Part shown: positions 32,579 through 43,500 of the stretch, piece after piece
Layout: every line of letters starts with the position of its first letter
How positions within the stretch are numbered: the first letter of the stretch is position 1
Assembly (NCBI GenBank): GCA_963702845.1
Contig: OY969763.1
Span: 3,200,001-3,264,000, forward strand
From: an uncultured Verrucomicrobiae bacterium
Lineage (GTDB): Bacteria; Verrucomicrobiota; Verrucomicrobiia; Limisphaerales; Palsa-1400
DNA: 64,000 bases
Direction: 5' to 3'
Notes under the pieces: model-generated
The model's input: only the letters and a program-made list of their open reading frames with translations
Database searches by the model: none
Told to the model about the DNA's origin: nothing
Translations under genes and position numbers: made by a program

Positions 32579-32808
32579 TCGTGTTGACCGACCACGCGAT
32601 AAAAACGCGTGCCGGGACTTGGATCACAAGTTGACGTCCCTCATAGCAGGAATTTGCTGTTTGTCCGCTAGCGTGAGCAGAAAATTCGCCTCCAAATGCG
32701 GAAAAGCGTAGAAAAAATTAAAACGAACGTTTACACTCGCGCCCATGCCCAGTCCTGCACCGATTGCGAGCGGTTGTTATCTTGCATTAGCTATGCCCTG
32801 ACCTCTCC

Positions 32809-35800
32809 ATGACGGGTTCCAACCAAAACCCATTTCAATCGCCCGTTCCAGGCCCTCGCAGGAAAGTCCGGCCCGGGTTATTTTTCATACTCACCATCGT
32901 CGGGTTGGCGTTGCTTATTGCTGGGGGCGGCTGGCTTTACTATGGGCATCAAAGCGACAAGGCGCGACGGATGGCTCACGAGGTGGTCTCGATGGTTTCG
33001 GCGATGCGAGCGTCTGACCTGTCGCATTGGTATGGGGAACGCGTCGGGGACATGGAAGTCGCGCGCATGGGCCTGGATCCACAACTGGTCCTGACCAAGA
33101 CTCCCCGCAGCAAGCCGGAGAACGTTGCCCTGCGGTTGGAGAATTTTCGGCGGGTTTACGATTACGCGGCCGTGATTCTCGTCGATACCAACAACGTGAT
33201 CCAGGCAATCGCGCCAACGAATTTTTCGCTAAACTGTTCTATTCTGGACCGCAGCGTGCAAGCGGCTTTGCAGAGCGATGGATTGGTGCGTTCGGACTTG
33301 CGTGATATTGAAAACGGAAAACCATCGCCGTTCTTTTGGTGGTCGCACCCGGTCTACGCGTTAATGAAAACAAACGGGACGCAGGTCGGCACGATTTCGC
33401 TGGTCATTGATCTGGAAAAGTTCGTGTTTCCGAGATTGTCGAGCTGGCCGGTGCCGACTCAAACGGGACGGTCGGTGCTGGTGTGGCGGACCAACGATCT
33501 CGTCGTATATCGTACGGCGACGGATTGCCAGACGGTCAAACAAACCAGCCGCCATGTCAGCCACGAACGCCCGACCTTAACGGAGTTGGCCACGCAGGGC
33601 GCGAGCGGAATCTTCGACGCGCAGGATGCTCACGGCGTGCCGGTCATCGTGGCACAAACGCCGGTGGAAGGAACGCCATGGATGATCCAAAGCAGGATCA
33701 ATGAAAGTGAAGCCCTGGGATTTTTGCGGCGCGAATCATGGCAAGTCACCTTCATCATCGGCCTGTTGCTGATTACGGTTGGGTTGGGTGCCAGCTCCTA
33801 TTGGCGGCGCCAGATGCTTGCTTCGACACGAGAAAGCGAAGAAAGAATGCGCGTGTTGATCGACGACGCGCCAGAAGGCGTCGCAATCTGTCGCGATGGC
33901 AAAACGCTCTACGCCAACGCAACGTTCTTGCAGATGTTCGGTTATGGCGACCTCAATGAAGTCGCCGGAAAAGCGGTGGCCGAATTTTGGTGGACCGGCG
34001 ATAAAGCGACCGTTGCGGAGCGGGTCAAGCAGAAGGAATTTGAATTCCTCGCGGAATTCGATTTCGTGGAGGAATACGAAGGCACGGCCCAGCAAAAAGA
34101 CGGAACCGAGTTTCCAATTCGTGTTACGAAGAAGGGCGTCATGTTACGCGACGGCCGCGCGGAACTGGCATTCGTCCGCGATATCACCGACCGCAAAGCG
34201 GCCGAGGAAGGCGTTCAGCGCTTGAACCGCCTGTATGCCGTCTTGAGCGGCATCAACAATTTGATCGTCCGTGAGCGAGACCTGGATGTGATCTTTCAGC
34301 GCGCCTGCGAATTGGCAGTGAACGTTGGCGAGTTTCGCATGGCTTGGGTGAGCAAGCTTGATGGCGAAACGCGCCAGATCACACCGGTCGCCTGCGCCGG
34401 CGTCGTTGAAGGCTATCTCGATCGGGTTGACATCCATATGGACGACGCCTTACGTCGATCCGGGCCGGTGGGCCAGGCGTTTGTCACGGGCGAACACCAG
34501 ATCATCAACGACATCGAAAACGATCCGCGCATGGCGCCGTGGCGTGCCGACGCGTTGAAACGCGGCTACGGCTCCTCCGGCGTTTTTCCGCTGAAGGTCG
34601 CCGGCAAGTTGGTCGCTGCGATCGCGCTCTATGGGCCGGAGAAAAACTGGTTCGACGCCGAAGAGTTGCGTTTGTTGGATGGTTTGGCGGGCGACATCAG
34701 CTTCGCCATAGAAGTCTATCAAAAGGAACAAGTCCGGGAATTGGCCGAAACGAATTTGCGCGCCAGCGAAGAGCGGTTCCGGCGCTTGATCGAGAATGCT
34801 TCCGACATTATCACGGTGCTGAACAAAGATGGCGTGCAGCAATTTGTTGGGCCGTCCGTTAAACGCGTGCTGGGATGGGAGCCGGAAGAACTCTTGAACC
34901 GCAACGTGCTCGAATTCATCGAACCGCAGGACTGCGAAAAGACTCTGAGCGCGTTGCAACAGGCGTTAAGCGATCCTTCTGCGACCGTGCGCGTGGAATG
35001 TCGGTTTCGGCATCGCGACGGTTCCTGGCGCACGATGGAAACGGTCGGGCGCAACATTCCAGGCCTCTCCGCCGATGGCTACATGGTCATCAATTCGCGC
35101 GACATCACCGAGAGCCGCAAACTCGAAGAACTCTTTCGACAGGCGCAAAAGATGGACGGCATCGGGCAACTGGCCGGCGGCGTGGCGCATGACTTCAACA
35201 ACATTCTCGCCGCGATGATGATGCAGACCGAGTTGCTGCAAAATTCAAAGGATCTGCGGCCGGAAGTTGTCGAGGGCCTCAATCAAATCAACAGCTTTTC
35301 GGAGCGCGCCGCCAACCTGACGCGACAGCTTCTGTTGTTCAGCCGCAGGCAGGTCTTGCAACCGCGCGACCTTGATTTGAACGGGCTGATTTCGAACATG
35401 ACCCGCATGTTGGAGAGGATCATTGGCGAACAATATTCACTGCGACTAAAATTATCCCCGCAACCGGTTGTGACCTGCGCCGACCCGGGAATGGTCGACC
35501 AGGTGCTGTTGAACCTCGTCAACAACGCGCGCGACGCCATGAGTGGCGGCGGAGAAATAGTCGTGGAGACCGGCGAAACAACCTTGAACGCGGCGCAGGC
35601 TAAATCGATACCCGACGCGGTCGAGGGCCGGTATGTTTACTTGAGCGTCACCGACCGTGGCACAGGCATTTCACCGCAAAACTTGAAACACGTTTTCGAA
35701 CCGTTCTTCACGACGAAAGCTCCCGGCAAAGGAACTGGCCTCGGTTTAGCCACGGTCTTTGGCATCGTGCAATCGCATCGCGGCTTCATCACCGTGAAAA

Positions 35801-36273
35801 GCGATGTCGGTCGCGGCACAACGTTCCAGATCAATTTGCCACTGGTTTTAACCAAGCCAGGCCCGAAAATCGACACATCACTTATCAACAAAACCAACGG
35901 CGGCACGGAAACCATTTTCGTCGTCGAAGACGAAGGAGCAGTGCGTGAACTGACGCGCACGATTTTGGAAGCGTCCGGCTACAAGGTGATCGAAGCCGTC
36001 AACGGCGTGGAAGCCCAGCGCATTTGGAGGGAGATCAAGGGAGAAGTTCATCTGCTCTTTACCGACATGGTGATGCCAGAGGGCGTGAGCGGTTGGGAGT
36101 TGGCGAACAAATTCCTGATGCAAAAACCCAATTTGAGAGTGGTTTTCGCCAGCGGTTACAGCGCTGAATACGCCAGCCGCGAGTTGAATTTGAAGAAGGG
36201 CCAGATATTCCTGCAAAAGCCATACTCCTCGAAACAAATCCTCAACGTCGTCCGGAAATGTTTGGAGACCTGA
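32809..36273 (+). CDS. Hybrid sensor histidine kinase (periplasmic sensor-PAS-GAF-PAS-HisKA-HATPase-REC)
   Basis: GQLAGGVAHDFNN, NARDAM, EPFFTTK, GTGLGL, C-terminal receiver (VVEDE, TDMVMP, KP). Confidence 0.92.
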   Translation: MTGSNQNPFQSPVPGPRRKVRPGLFFILTIVGLALLIAGGGWLYYGHQSDKARRMAHEVVSMVSAMRASDLSHWYGERVGDMEVARMGLDPQLVLTKTPRSKPENVALRLENFRRVYDYAAVILVDTNNVIQAIAPTNFSLNCSILDRSVQAALQSDGLVRSDLRDIENGKPSPFFWWSHPVYALMKTNGTQVGTISLVIDLEKFVFPRLSSWPVPTQTGRSVLVWRTNDLVVYRTATDCQTVKQTSRHVSHERPTLTELATQGASGIFDAQDAHGVPVIVAQTPVEGTPWMIQSRINESEALGFLRRESWQVTFIIGLLLITVGLGASSYWRRQMLASTRESEERMRVLIDDAPEGVAICRDGKTLYANATFLQMFGYGDLNEVAGKAVAEFWWTGDKATVAERVKQKEFEFLAEFDFVEEYEGTAQQKDGTEFPIRVTKKGVMLRDGRAELAFVRDITDRKAAEEGVQRLNRLYAVLSGINNLIVRERDLDVIFQRACELAVNVGEFRMAWVSKLDGETRQITPVACAGVVEGYLDRVDIHMDDALRRSGPVGQAFVTGEHQIINDIENDPRMAPWRADALKRGYGSSGVFPLKVAGKLVAAIALYGPEKNWFDAEELRLLDGLAGDISFAIEVYQKEQVRELAETNLRASEERFRRLIENASDIITVLNKDGVQQFVGPSVKRVLGWEPEELLNRNVLEFIEPQDCEKTLSALQQALSDPSATVRVECRFRHRDGSWRTMETVGRNIPGLSADGYMVINSRDITESRKLEELFRQAQKMDGIGQLAGGVAHDFNNILAAMMMQTELLQNSKDLRPEVVEGLNQINSFSERAANLTRQLLLFSRRQVLQPRDLDLNGLISNMTRMLERIIGEQYSLRLKLSPQPVVTCADPGMVDQVLLNLVNNARDAMSGGGEIVVETGETTLNAAQAKSIPDAVEGRYVYLSVTDRGTGISPQNLKHVFEPFFTTKAPGKGTGLGLATVFGIVQSHRGFITVKSDVGRGTTFQINLPLVLTKPGPKIDTSLINKTNGGTETIFVVEDEGAVRELTRTILEASGYKVIEAVNGVEAQRIWREIKGEVHLLFTDMVMPEGVSGWELANKFLMQKPNLRVVFASGYSAEYASRELNLKKGQIFLQKPYSSKQILNVVRKCLET

Positions 36274-36296
36274 GGTGTGATCCTAAAGAGTAACTA

Positions 36297-36331
36297 ATAG
36301 ATGGCATGAATGCTGGCTGGCGGCAACGAAG
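36297..36331 (+). repeat. Dispersed intergenic repeat fragment (extreme 5' end of consensus)
   Basis: ATAGATGGCATGAATGCTGGCTGGCGGCAACGAAG, ending exactly at the stop codon (36332-36334) of the kinase gene. Confidence 0.75.
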
Positions 36332-39040
36332 CTACGCTTTGTACATTCCCATTTTTTGCTTCCAGTAAAGGAGTTGTCTTGCCGCCTCGGCGTGATTTTG
36401 TTGCTGCGCTTTCTCCAGCGAGGTGAGTCCTTCAGCATGGCGCTGAAGCACAAGCGATGCTATCCCGTGGCGATACCACGCCTCGCCACTCTGCGGATTT
36501 AGCGCCAAAGCTCGGTTGAACAATTGCACCGCCTCATCAAACCGCTGGCCTTGCATTGCAGTCGAGCCACGTGACATTAAGTCTTCAACTGTAGAAGGTG
36601 ATCCGTCCTCGGATCTGAGGACATGCTTTCGCACGTCCGCTGACGTCCACGAGGCCTTGACTGTGACCATTTTCTCGGGAGGACGTTGCGGCTGACACGA
36701 ACGAATGCCTTGGTCCGCCTGCCCATGCCCGAGTTTCTTCGCCTGTTCAAAGCACGGCAAAGCCTCCGCCGGACGCTTCAATGTTTGCAACAGGAATACA
36801 CCTTTATTGAACCAGCCGTTGCGCGGATTGATTGGAATGTGCGCATCGCAAGCCGCAAGGGCTTCGTCATTACGTCCAAGTTTAGTAAATAGAACAATTT
36901 TGTTGGTCCACGCATCTTCAATGCCGGGGTGAATCGACAGTGCCATGTCAAAGCACAAAAGCGCCTCACCGTCTCGGCCAAGCTCGACCAGTATTGTGCC
37001 TTTTCTAGCCCAGCCAAGAGCATAACGAGGATTCAAAGATACTGCGCGTTCTGAAGCCGCCAGTGCTTCTTCGCATCGCCCCAATGCGTGAAGCGCCTCT
37101 CCTTTACTGGACCAAAGCTGTTCGGAACGGTCGTTGATGCGCAAACCAGTCTCGAAAGATGTCAATGCACCTTCGGGTCGAGCCGACGCCTTCAGTGCCG
37201 TGCCATGTAAACCCCAAACGTCCCAGCGTTGTTGATTCAGCTCAAGGGTCCGCTCGAACCATGCTCCAGCCTCTTCCCACCTTCCGCTCTGGGCCGCTTC
37301 GACACCTCGATTAAAAAATTCCTCAATGGTACCCTCAACTTTTTCAGGCAGAAGACCGTCATCATCGATCGACGGGTTGATGGTCACGGCTAATCCGGGG
37401 TTCGCATTTTCCGATGGGTTGGGATAAAAAGTTTTGCCCGGTTGCAAATTCGCCTCATAGCTCAGACGATTTATAACATCAAACCCATTGCCGCTCGCCC
37501 TGTCATGACAAGCAATGAGTTGAACGCCCAGGGCGAATTCGCTGTTCGTAGGATTGAGCCGCAGAGCGTATTCGAAATGGGCCAACGCATCGTTCCTTCG
37601 ACCCAAGGCAGCCAGTCTCCAGCCTTTCCCTACAAGCGCCGCGCGATGCCGCGGACTGAGCTTTAACGCCTGTTCATAACACTCCAATGCTTCCTGCTGG
37701 CGATTAACGTAAGCTAGCATGCATCCCTTGTTCACCCAGGCATTAACATTTGCCGGATTGAGATTTAGCGTGGTATTGAAACACTCGAGCGCTTTCTCGC
37801 GCTCATTATACCGCACAAGGGCATGTCCCTTTTTAAGCCAGACGTAGTCGTTCGAAACCGTCATGCCCAACGCCTTGTCAAAAAGAGGCATCACCTCAGC
37901 CATCGGTATCCTGAGCTGAACGAGATTCGCCGCGCGGTCCGCCAGCGCCATAGGATCGGGTGGTGACGTCAATTCTGGCAACGCCCCCTCTCGCCCCGTT
38001 AGTTCAAGGTAAAGGTCACAAAGTCGCTCTCGCAGGATGCCGAAGTTTCCAATGCGGTCCTTCGCTCGTTTAGCTAGACAACCGGCGACAATGCCGTTCA
38101 ACTTTTTTACAACATCCGCAGAAACATTGGCGTGAGTTTGTAATGGTGGCGGCGGTTTCGTTGCGTGCAGTTTGAAATACTCCTCCGGCCTTGAACCGAC
38201 AAATGGCAAACGTCCGCACACCATTTGAAACAACATCACGCCAAAAGAGTAAACGTCCGCCGTTACATCCACATGTTTGGCATCTATGAATTGCTCGGGT
38301 GCCATATACGGCGTCGTCCCGGCGGCAGTCCCTGTGCGGCTCAGACTTGCGTGTAAGTTTTGTTCTCGCGCAACGACGCGCTCCTCAGAACTGCCAGACT
38401 CCTTGCCGTCAGAATTGACATTCGGTCGAAACACAGAATCATCGAACGCCTTGGCTAATCCGAAATCAGTCACCTTTAACACACCCTCCTTTGTGACAAG
38501 GCAATTCCCCGGCTTAATATCGCGATGTGCCACGATCCCTTTGGCCAGGATATGTTGCATACCATCGCAAAACTGGATCGCGAGTTGAAGCACTCGCGCC
38601 AGATCGTGAATTAGAGCCGGCGTCCCGATCCATTTCCCGAGGTCACCGCCTTCTATAAATTCCAAAAAGAGAAATGGCAGATAAAGGCCACCGAGGGTTT
38701 TACCCGCCCTCGGATGAGCGGGGCCGAATCGGTGAATGACGCCGACATTTGAAACAAAGAGTGCTTGGACAACATTGGGATGCGGATCGAGTTTCACCCA
38801 GGTGAGCGCCTCCTTTTCAAATTTAGCTTGGACATCGGCCGTTCGGGAGTCCCACATCTCCCACTGAAATCCCTTCATCGCCAGCCGCCGCTGCAATTGG
38901 TGATCGAAAACAATGTAAACGCGCCCCATGCCGCCCTGTAACACATCTAGGACTTCCCAACGCCCCTGCTCATGACCTTCGTCAATACGCGTTCCTTTTA
39001 TCCAGTCGTTCCAACATCGCGTGATTTTCATGGTGAACAA
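36332..39040 (-). CDS. Ser/Thr protein kinase with TPR repeats
   Basis: GGMGRVY, HRDIKPGN, DFG, YMAPE, DVYSFG; multiple TPR units (AWVNKG). Confidence 0.9.
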   Translation of the reverse strand: MFTMKITRCWNDWIKGTRIDEGHEQGRWEVLDVLQGGMGRVYIVFDHQLQRRLAMKGFQWEMWDSRTADVQAKFEKEALTWVKLDPHPNVVQALFVSNVGVIHRFGPAHPRAGKTLGGLYLPFLFLEFIEGGDLGKWIGTPALIHDLARVLQLAIQFCDGMQHILAKGIVAHRDIKPGNCLVTKEGVLKVTDFGLAKAFDDSVFRPNVNSDGKESGSSEERVVAREQNLHASLSRTGTAAGTTPYMAPEQFIDAKHVDVTADVYSFGVMLFQMVCGRLPFVGSRPEEYFKLHATKPPPPLQTHANVSADVVKKLNGIVAGCLAKRAKDRIGNFGILRERLCDLYLELTGREGALPELTSPPDPMALADRAANLVQLRIPMAEVMPLFDKALGMTVSNDYVWLKKGHALVRYNEREKALECFNTTLNLNPANVNAWVNKGCMLAYVNRQQEALECYEQALKLSPRHRAALVGKGWRLAALGRRNDALAHFEYALRLNPTNSEFALGVQLIACHDRASGNGFDVINRLSYEANLQPGKTFYPNPSENANPGLAVTINPSIDDDGLLPEKVEGTIEEFFNRGVEAAQSGRWEEAGAWFERTLELNQQRWDVWGLHGTALKASARPEGALTSFETGLRINDRSEQLWSSKGEALHALGRCEEALAASERAVSLNPRYALGWARKGTILVELGRDGEALLCFDMALSIHPGIEDAWTNKIVLFTKLGRNDEALAACDAHIPINPRNGWFNKGVFLLQTLKRPAEALPCFEQAKKLGHGQADQGIRSCQPQRPPEKMVTVKASWTSADVRKHVLRSEDGSPSTVEDLMSRGSTAMQGQRFDEAVQLFNRALALNPQSGEAWYRHGIASLVLQRHAEGLTSLEKAQQQNHAEAARQLLYWKQKMGMYKA

Positions 39041-39167
39041 TTCCAGTTAGTTGACCGCGTCTTTTATAAAAACAGCACTTTGTTTTTTGTCCGATGGTGC
39101 GGCAGAACTCATTCAGCCCGACCGGCCCTGAAGCTGAATGTTTTTAGCCAACTGCAGAATATTCCGG

Positions 39168-39893
39168 CTATTGCTGTTCTTTGTTTACGATATTGACCAT
39201 TTGGAACCCGGTCCGTCCGCCGGCTCGCAAGTGAGCGATGCATTGCAATTCGTGCAGCGCATTTTGGTCCCGCGGGTCGATTTCAAGGCACTTCTTGTAA
39301 AGATGCTCGGCGTCGTCGATCTTGCCGAGTTCCACCAATACGAATGCCTGGCCTCTCAAAGCGCGCCGCCTGGCGATATTACCATTGCGGTCATCTTCGG
39401 GCGTATTGCTCAGCGCTCGAGCGAAACACTCAAGGGCTTTGTCCCAAACGCGTGTGCTTTGGTAACTGTAACCAAGTTCGCATAAGAAATCGGTATTCAT
39501 CGGTGAAAGCGTCACCGCCTTACTCATATGTTCAATTGCCTGATTGAGGTCTCGTTGTTCGACAGCGATGAAACCCTTGAGGAAGTAGGCGTGGGCGTAG
39601 CCGAAGGAGACCACAATTGCAGTCACCTTATCTTTGACGGCCAAACCTAGACAGCAAAGCGTGTCCATGGGCCCGTTGGCACAGTAAACTCGCTCTGTTC
39701 TGCTTCCGTATTGTTGTTCGAACTCACGAATTACCGGATTGATGAAGTTATCGAGAACGGCCTGAAAGTTGCCTTCGTGCACCATCTGCCAGATCTGCTC
39801 GTGGCACGCGCTGTATCGATCGAGATGAGGGGATTCAGACGGTGAGGCAGGCGTCTCATTATCGTTTCGACCGGAAGGGTTCGATAAACTCAT
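39168..39893 (-). CDS. TPR-repeat protein
   Basis: AYFLKG..AVTLSP..ELGY..ALRGQA..CLEIDP. Confidence 0.8.
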   Translation of the reverse strand: MSLSNPSGRNDNETPASPSESPHLDRYSACHEQIWQMVHEGNFQAVLDNFINPVIREFEQQYGSRTERVYCANGPMDTLCCLGLAVKDKVTAIVVSFGYAHAYFLKGFIAVEQRDLNQAIEHMSKAVTLSPMNTDFLCELGYSYQSTRVWDKALECFARALSNTPEDDRNGNIARRRALRGQAFVLVELGKIDDAEHLYKKCLEIDPRDQNALHELQCIAHLRAGGRTGFQMVNIVNKEQQ

Positions 39894-40048
39894 ATACTTC
39901 CTTTTGCTAGATCAAACATCGAGGTCATATGGTTTTGGCGTGTCCGCCCGGAGCACTCACTGCCAACCGCGAAAAGAGGTAATCCGTCAAATGCACAGAC
40001 CGCCATGTTGTCAGCATACTCTTTTCCACAATAGGAACATTTTTTCAT
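39890..40048 (-). CDS. Small zinc-ribbon peptide (52 aa)
   Basis: MKKCSYCGKEYADNMAVCAFDG. Its TGA overlaps the ATG of the TPR gene (ATGA). Similar N-termini at 20767 and 62060. Confidence 0.55.
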   Translation of the reverse strand: MKKCSYCGKEYADNMAVCAFDGLPLFAVGSECSGRTRQNHMTSMFDLAKGSI

Positions 40049-40225
40049 TTCGTTGCCGAGGTGTTCAACCATGTTGGGGACGTTGGGTTTGGCTTCTTGT
40101 TTTCCATATCTGATTGGCTTAGTCAACTCAGCATTCTGCTCTGCCCTCGCACAAAATCGATTTTCCGCCATTGTCGGGAATTCGCGCGGCACATTCTTGC
40201 GATTTCTTTCCCGGCCTCATATCTT

Positions 40226-40269
40226 AATCAACTCTGCAGTGCAGGGTTCGATCGACCGGCCCAACTCAT
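40226..40269 (+). repeat. Dispersed intergenic repeat fragment (central part)
   Basis: AATCAACTCTGCAGTGCAGGGTTCGATCGACCGGCCCAACTCAT matches 50409-50433 and 60295-60337. Confidence 0.85.
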
Positions 40270-40595
40270 GGCATATCTAAGTGCCGTTCAGGTCTGACAC
40301 CTGCCTTTAATTTTGCATCAACCACGCAAAATGACCGTGCCGGTTGGGCTGACCTGGAAGCTGTTGCCGTCGGTAAGATCGAAGAGGCGTCCGTCTGCAA
40401 AAGCAGTCAGTATTAAGCACTCCCCGACAACTCATTACGAAGGAATTTTGACAATCACTGCTTGACATAGCTCATGCCTATCAGTAAAACGCCGTTACTC
40501 AAAAATTCACCCGTAAACAAATACCGCAGACGATATTTTTGATTTCAAATTAAATCAGGTGATTAGCTCGGTGCCACATCCATCACAAACGCTCC

Positions 40596-43500
40596 ATGAA
40601 ATCTAACTTCTTTGCGAAAGCACTTACTCTACTCGCCGGCATTTCGCTCGTGCTTGCCGCACGAGCAGACATCACCACCGGCCTGATTGGCTATTGGAGC
40701 CTGAGTGACGGCCCCGGCGCGTCGACCGTCACTGATCTCACCGGCAACGGCAATAACGGTACATTAACGAATTTTACCGATGGCACGTATAACAACATGT
40801 GGACGAGTTCCAGCGACACGAATGATGGCTGGCCGTTTGCCATGCTCTTCAATCAAAGCGGTGAAGGCGCCAACACCTATATCAACGTCCCCGATTCCTC
40901 CGTTTTGAATACGCCCAGCGCCAACCGAACATGGACTTTGTCGGCCTGGGTCAAATGTAGCGAAGCCGGCACGGCCGAACCAAGATACGCGGGCATCATC
41001 GCCAAAGGCAACCAGGGTGCCGAAGCTTATGCGCTTTACATGAACGACACTGCCGGAACCGGAAAGTTCTCGGGCATTTTTCACAATGCATCTCTCGGCA
41101 GTGCCGAGGTCGCCACTTCGACCACAGTTGCGCAGAACGGCGTCTGGTATCATGTGGCTGTCACTGTTTTGGAACCAAAGAGCAGCAGCGCGAACGCCGA
41201 AGCGATTTTGTATGTCAATGGCGTGGCCGAAAGCGGGGCTAACGCCAACACTTATACCACTGTCTATAGCACCAACCTGCCGGTGACCATCGGCTGTCGT
41301 CGTCTCAGCAGTGGAGACATCGGCGCGGCGTTTGCGGGCACCATCGATGACGTGCGCATTTATTCGCGGGCGCTCTCCGCCAACGACATCGCTCAATTGT
41401 ACGCCAACAAAGCTTTCGCCCCCAACAATAGTGGGATCGGCTACTGGAACGGATCGGCGGGAAACGGCGGAAATGCCACGCTGGACACCGCATCGCTCAA
41501 TTTCTGCACGAACATTTATTCTGCGCCGGTGGGAACGGCTGCCAGCCTGGGCAATGTATTGACACTGGACAACGGCAGCGCATTGCCGCCGAGTGTTACT
41601 TTTGCCAGCACTTACTATAGCAACTCACTGCCGATTGCTGTTGCCGCGACAAATCTGACGATCGCCCCGGGCGGCCTGGCGGTAGCCACAGCCAATGCTC
41701 CTGGAACGATCAATTTCGCCAATAATTTAGCCACAACTTTTATTCTCAACAGCAGCGACAGCATTGGTATCAAGGACGGTGCCAACCCGACCTCATTGGT
41801 CCAATCTGGTAACGGCACGGCTATTCTGACAGGGGTGAACACATTCAGCGGCGGCGTCACGATCAACTGGGGCACAGTGCAAGTGGGTAACGGCGGCACG
41901 ATCACCGGACAGGAACTGGGAACGGGCAGTGTGACGGACAATAGCACTCTGGCGTTCAGCGGGAATAACAGCGCGATCTTTAACTCTGCCATAAGCGGCA
42001 CCGGCGTGGTGATTCAGAAAGGCTCCGGCACGACTACTTTGACTGGTGCCAATACTTACACCGGCGGCACGACAATCACCAGCGGCGCTCTAACTGTAAA
42101 CTCCCTCAGTGATTCGGGCAGTCCGGCTGGCACTGGTTCTGTTACACTCGGCGGAGGAACATTGAATTACACGGGAGCAAGTGATTCAACAGCGCGTCAA
42201 TTTACCGGCATCGCTGGCACCACCAATACGATTGACGTCACGTCAGGGGCCAACTTGGAAATAACCGGGCGCGTCACAGGCAGCGCCGCGTGGGTGGTGA
42301 ACAAGGTTGACAGCGGAACGCTGACCCTCAGCGGCAGCACCGACAATTCATTTCTCGGGATGAACGTCAACGGGGGCACGGTCATTTTGAACAAGAACAG
42401 CACCACCGCCATTCATGCAATCGGTAATCCCCTTACAGTAAACAGTGGTGGGACAGTGCAGTTGTCCGGCAGCTCTAATTATCAAATTGCCAACAATGCC
42501 AACTCGCCTGTGACGATCAACAGCGGCGGTGTTTTTGACGCGAACAGTCAGAGTCAAACGTTTAACAAATTGGCCCTCTCCGGAACCGGCAGTGGCAGCG
42601 GCGCGCTGATCAACAGCGCGGCCAGCACAACCTCCACCATGACGGCGTTAGTCGTCCTGGCTGGCGGTGCGACTATTGGTGGCGCGGGCAGCATCACGTT
42701 GCCAAGCGTGGTGAGCGGCACGGGCGGTTTGACCTACGCTGGAACGGGCACATTGACGTTAAGCGCAGCCAACACTTATTCCGGCGCGACGGTCGTCAGC
42801 TCGGGGTTACTTGATGGCATTTTCAATGGCGCAATTCCCGGAAACGTCGCTGTCACTGGCACGGGCACATTGTCGCTCGATACTGCTGCTATATTGTCCC
42901 CGACCGCCATCCTTACGCTGCCTGCCTCGCCTGGCACCGGCATTGTGAATCTTAACTTCTCCGGAACTCAAACCATCAGCGCTCTGTTTATCGGTACAAC
43001 TTCAATGCCCGGTGGCACCTACGGCGCGCCCGGTTCAGGTGCGACACACGAGAACGCCGCGTTTCAAAACGTCGGTATTTTGTATGTTGCGCAAACCTTC
43101 TGGGATGCAAATCACACCGATGCCGGTTCGCAAAGCAGCGCGAACGGCGGCGGCAGTGGAAATTGGAACAACGCCACCGCCAGCTGGTGGGTCAGCGGCA
43201 ACGCGGATACGATTTGGAGCCCAGGAAACGTCGCCTATTTTGCCGGAACGGCTGGCACGGTGACGCTGAATGATAACGTCACCGCCGCCGGACTGACAGT
43301 TACCGCGCCGAACTATAACCTTAATAATACCGACGGCACTTCCGCTCTTACCTTAAGTGGCACCGCGCCGACAGTTACGATTCCCCAGGGCACCACAACC
43401 ATTGGCTGTGCCATTGCCGGCTCAGGCACCGTGACTGTCAGCGGTCCCGGCACGCTGAATTTAAGCGGAGCAAACACCTATAGCGGCGGCACAACGATCG

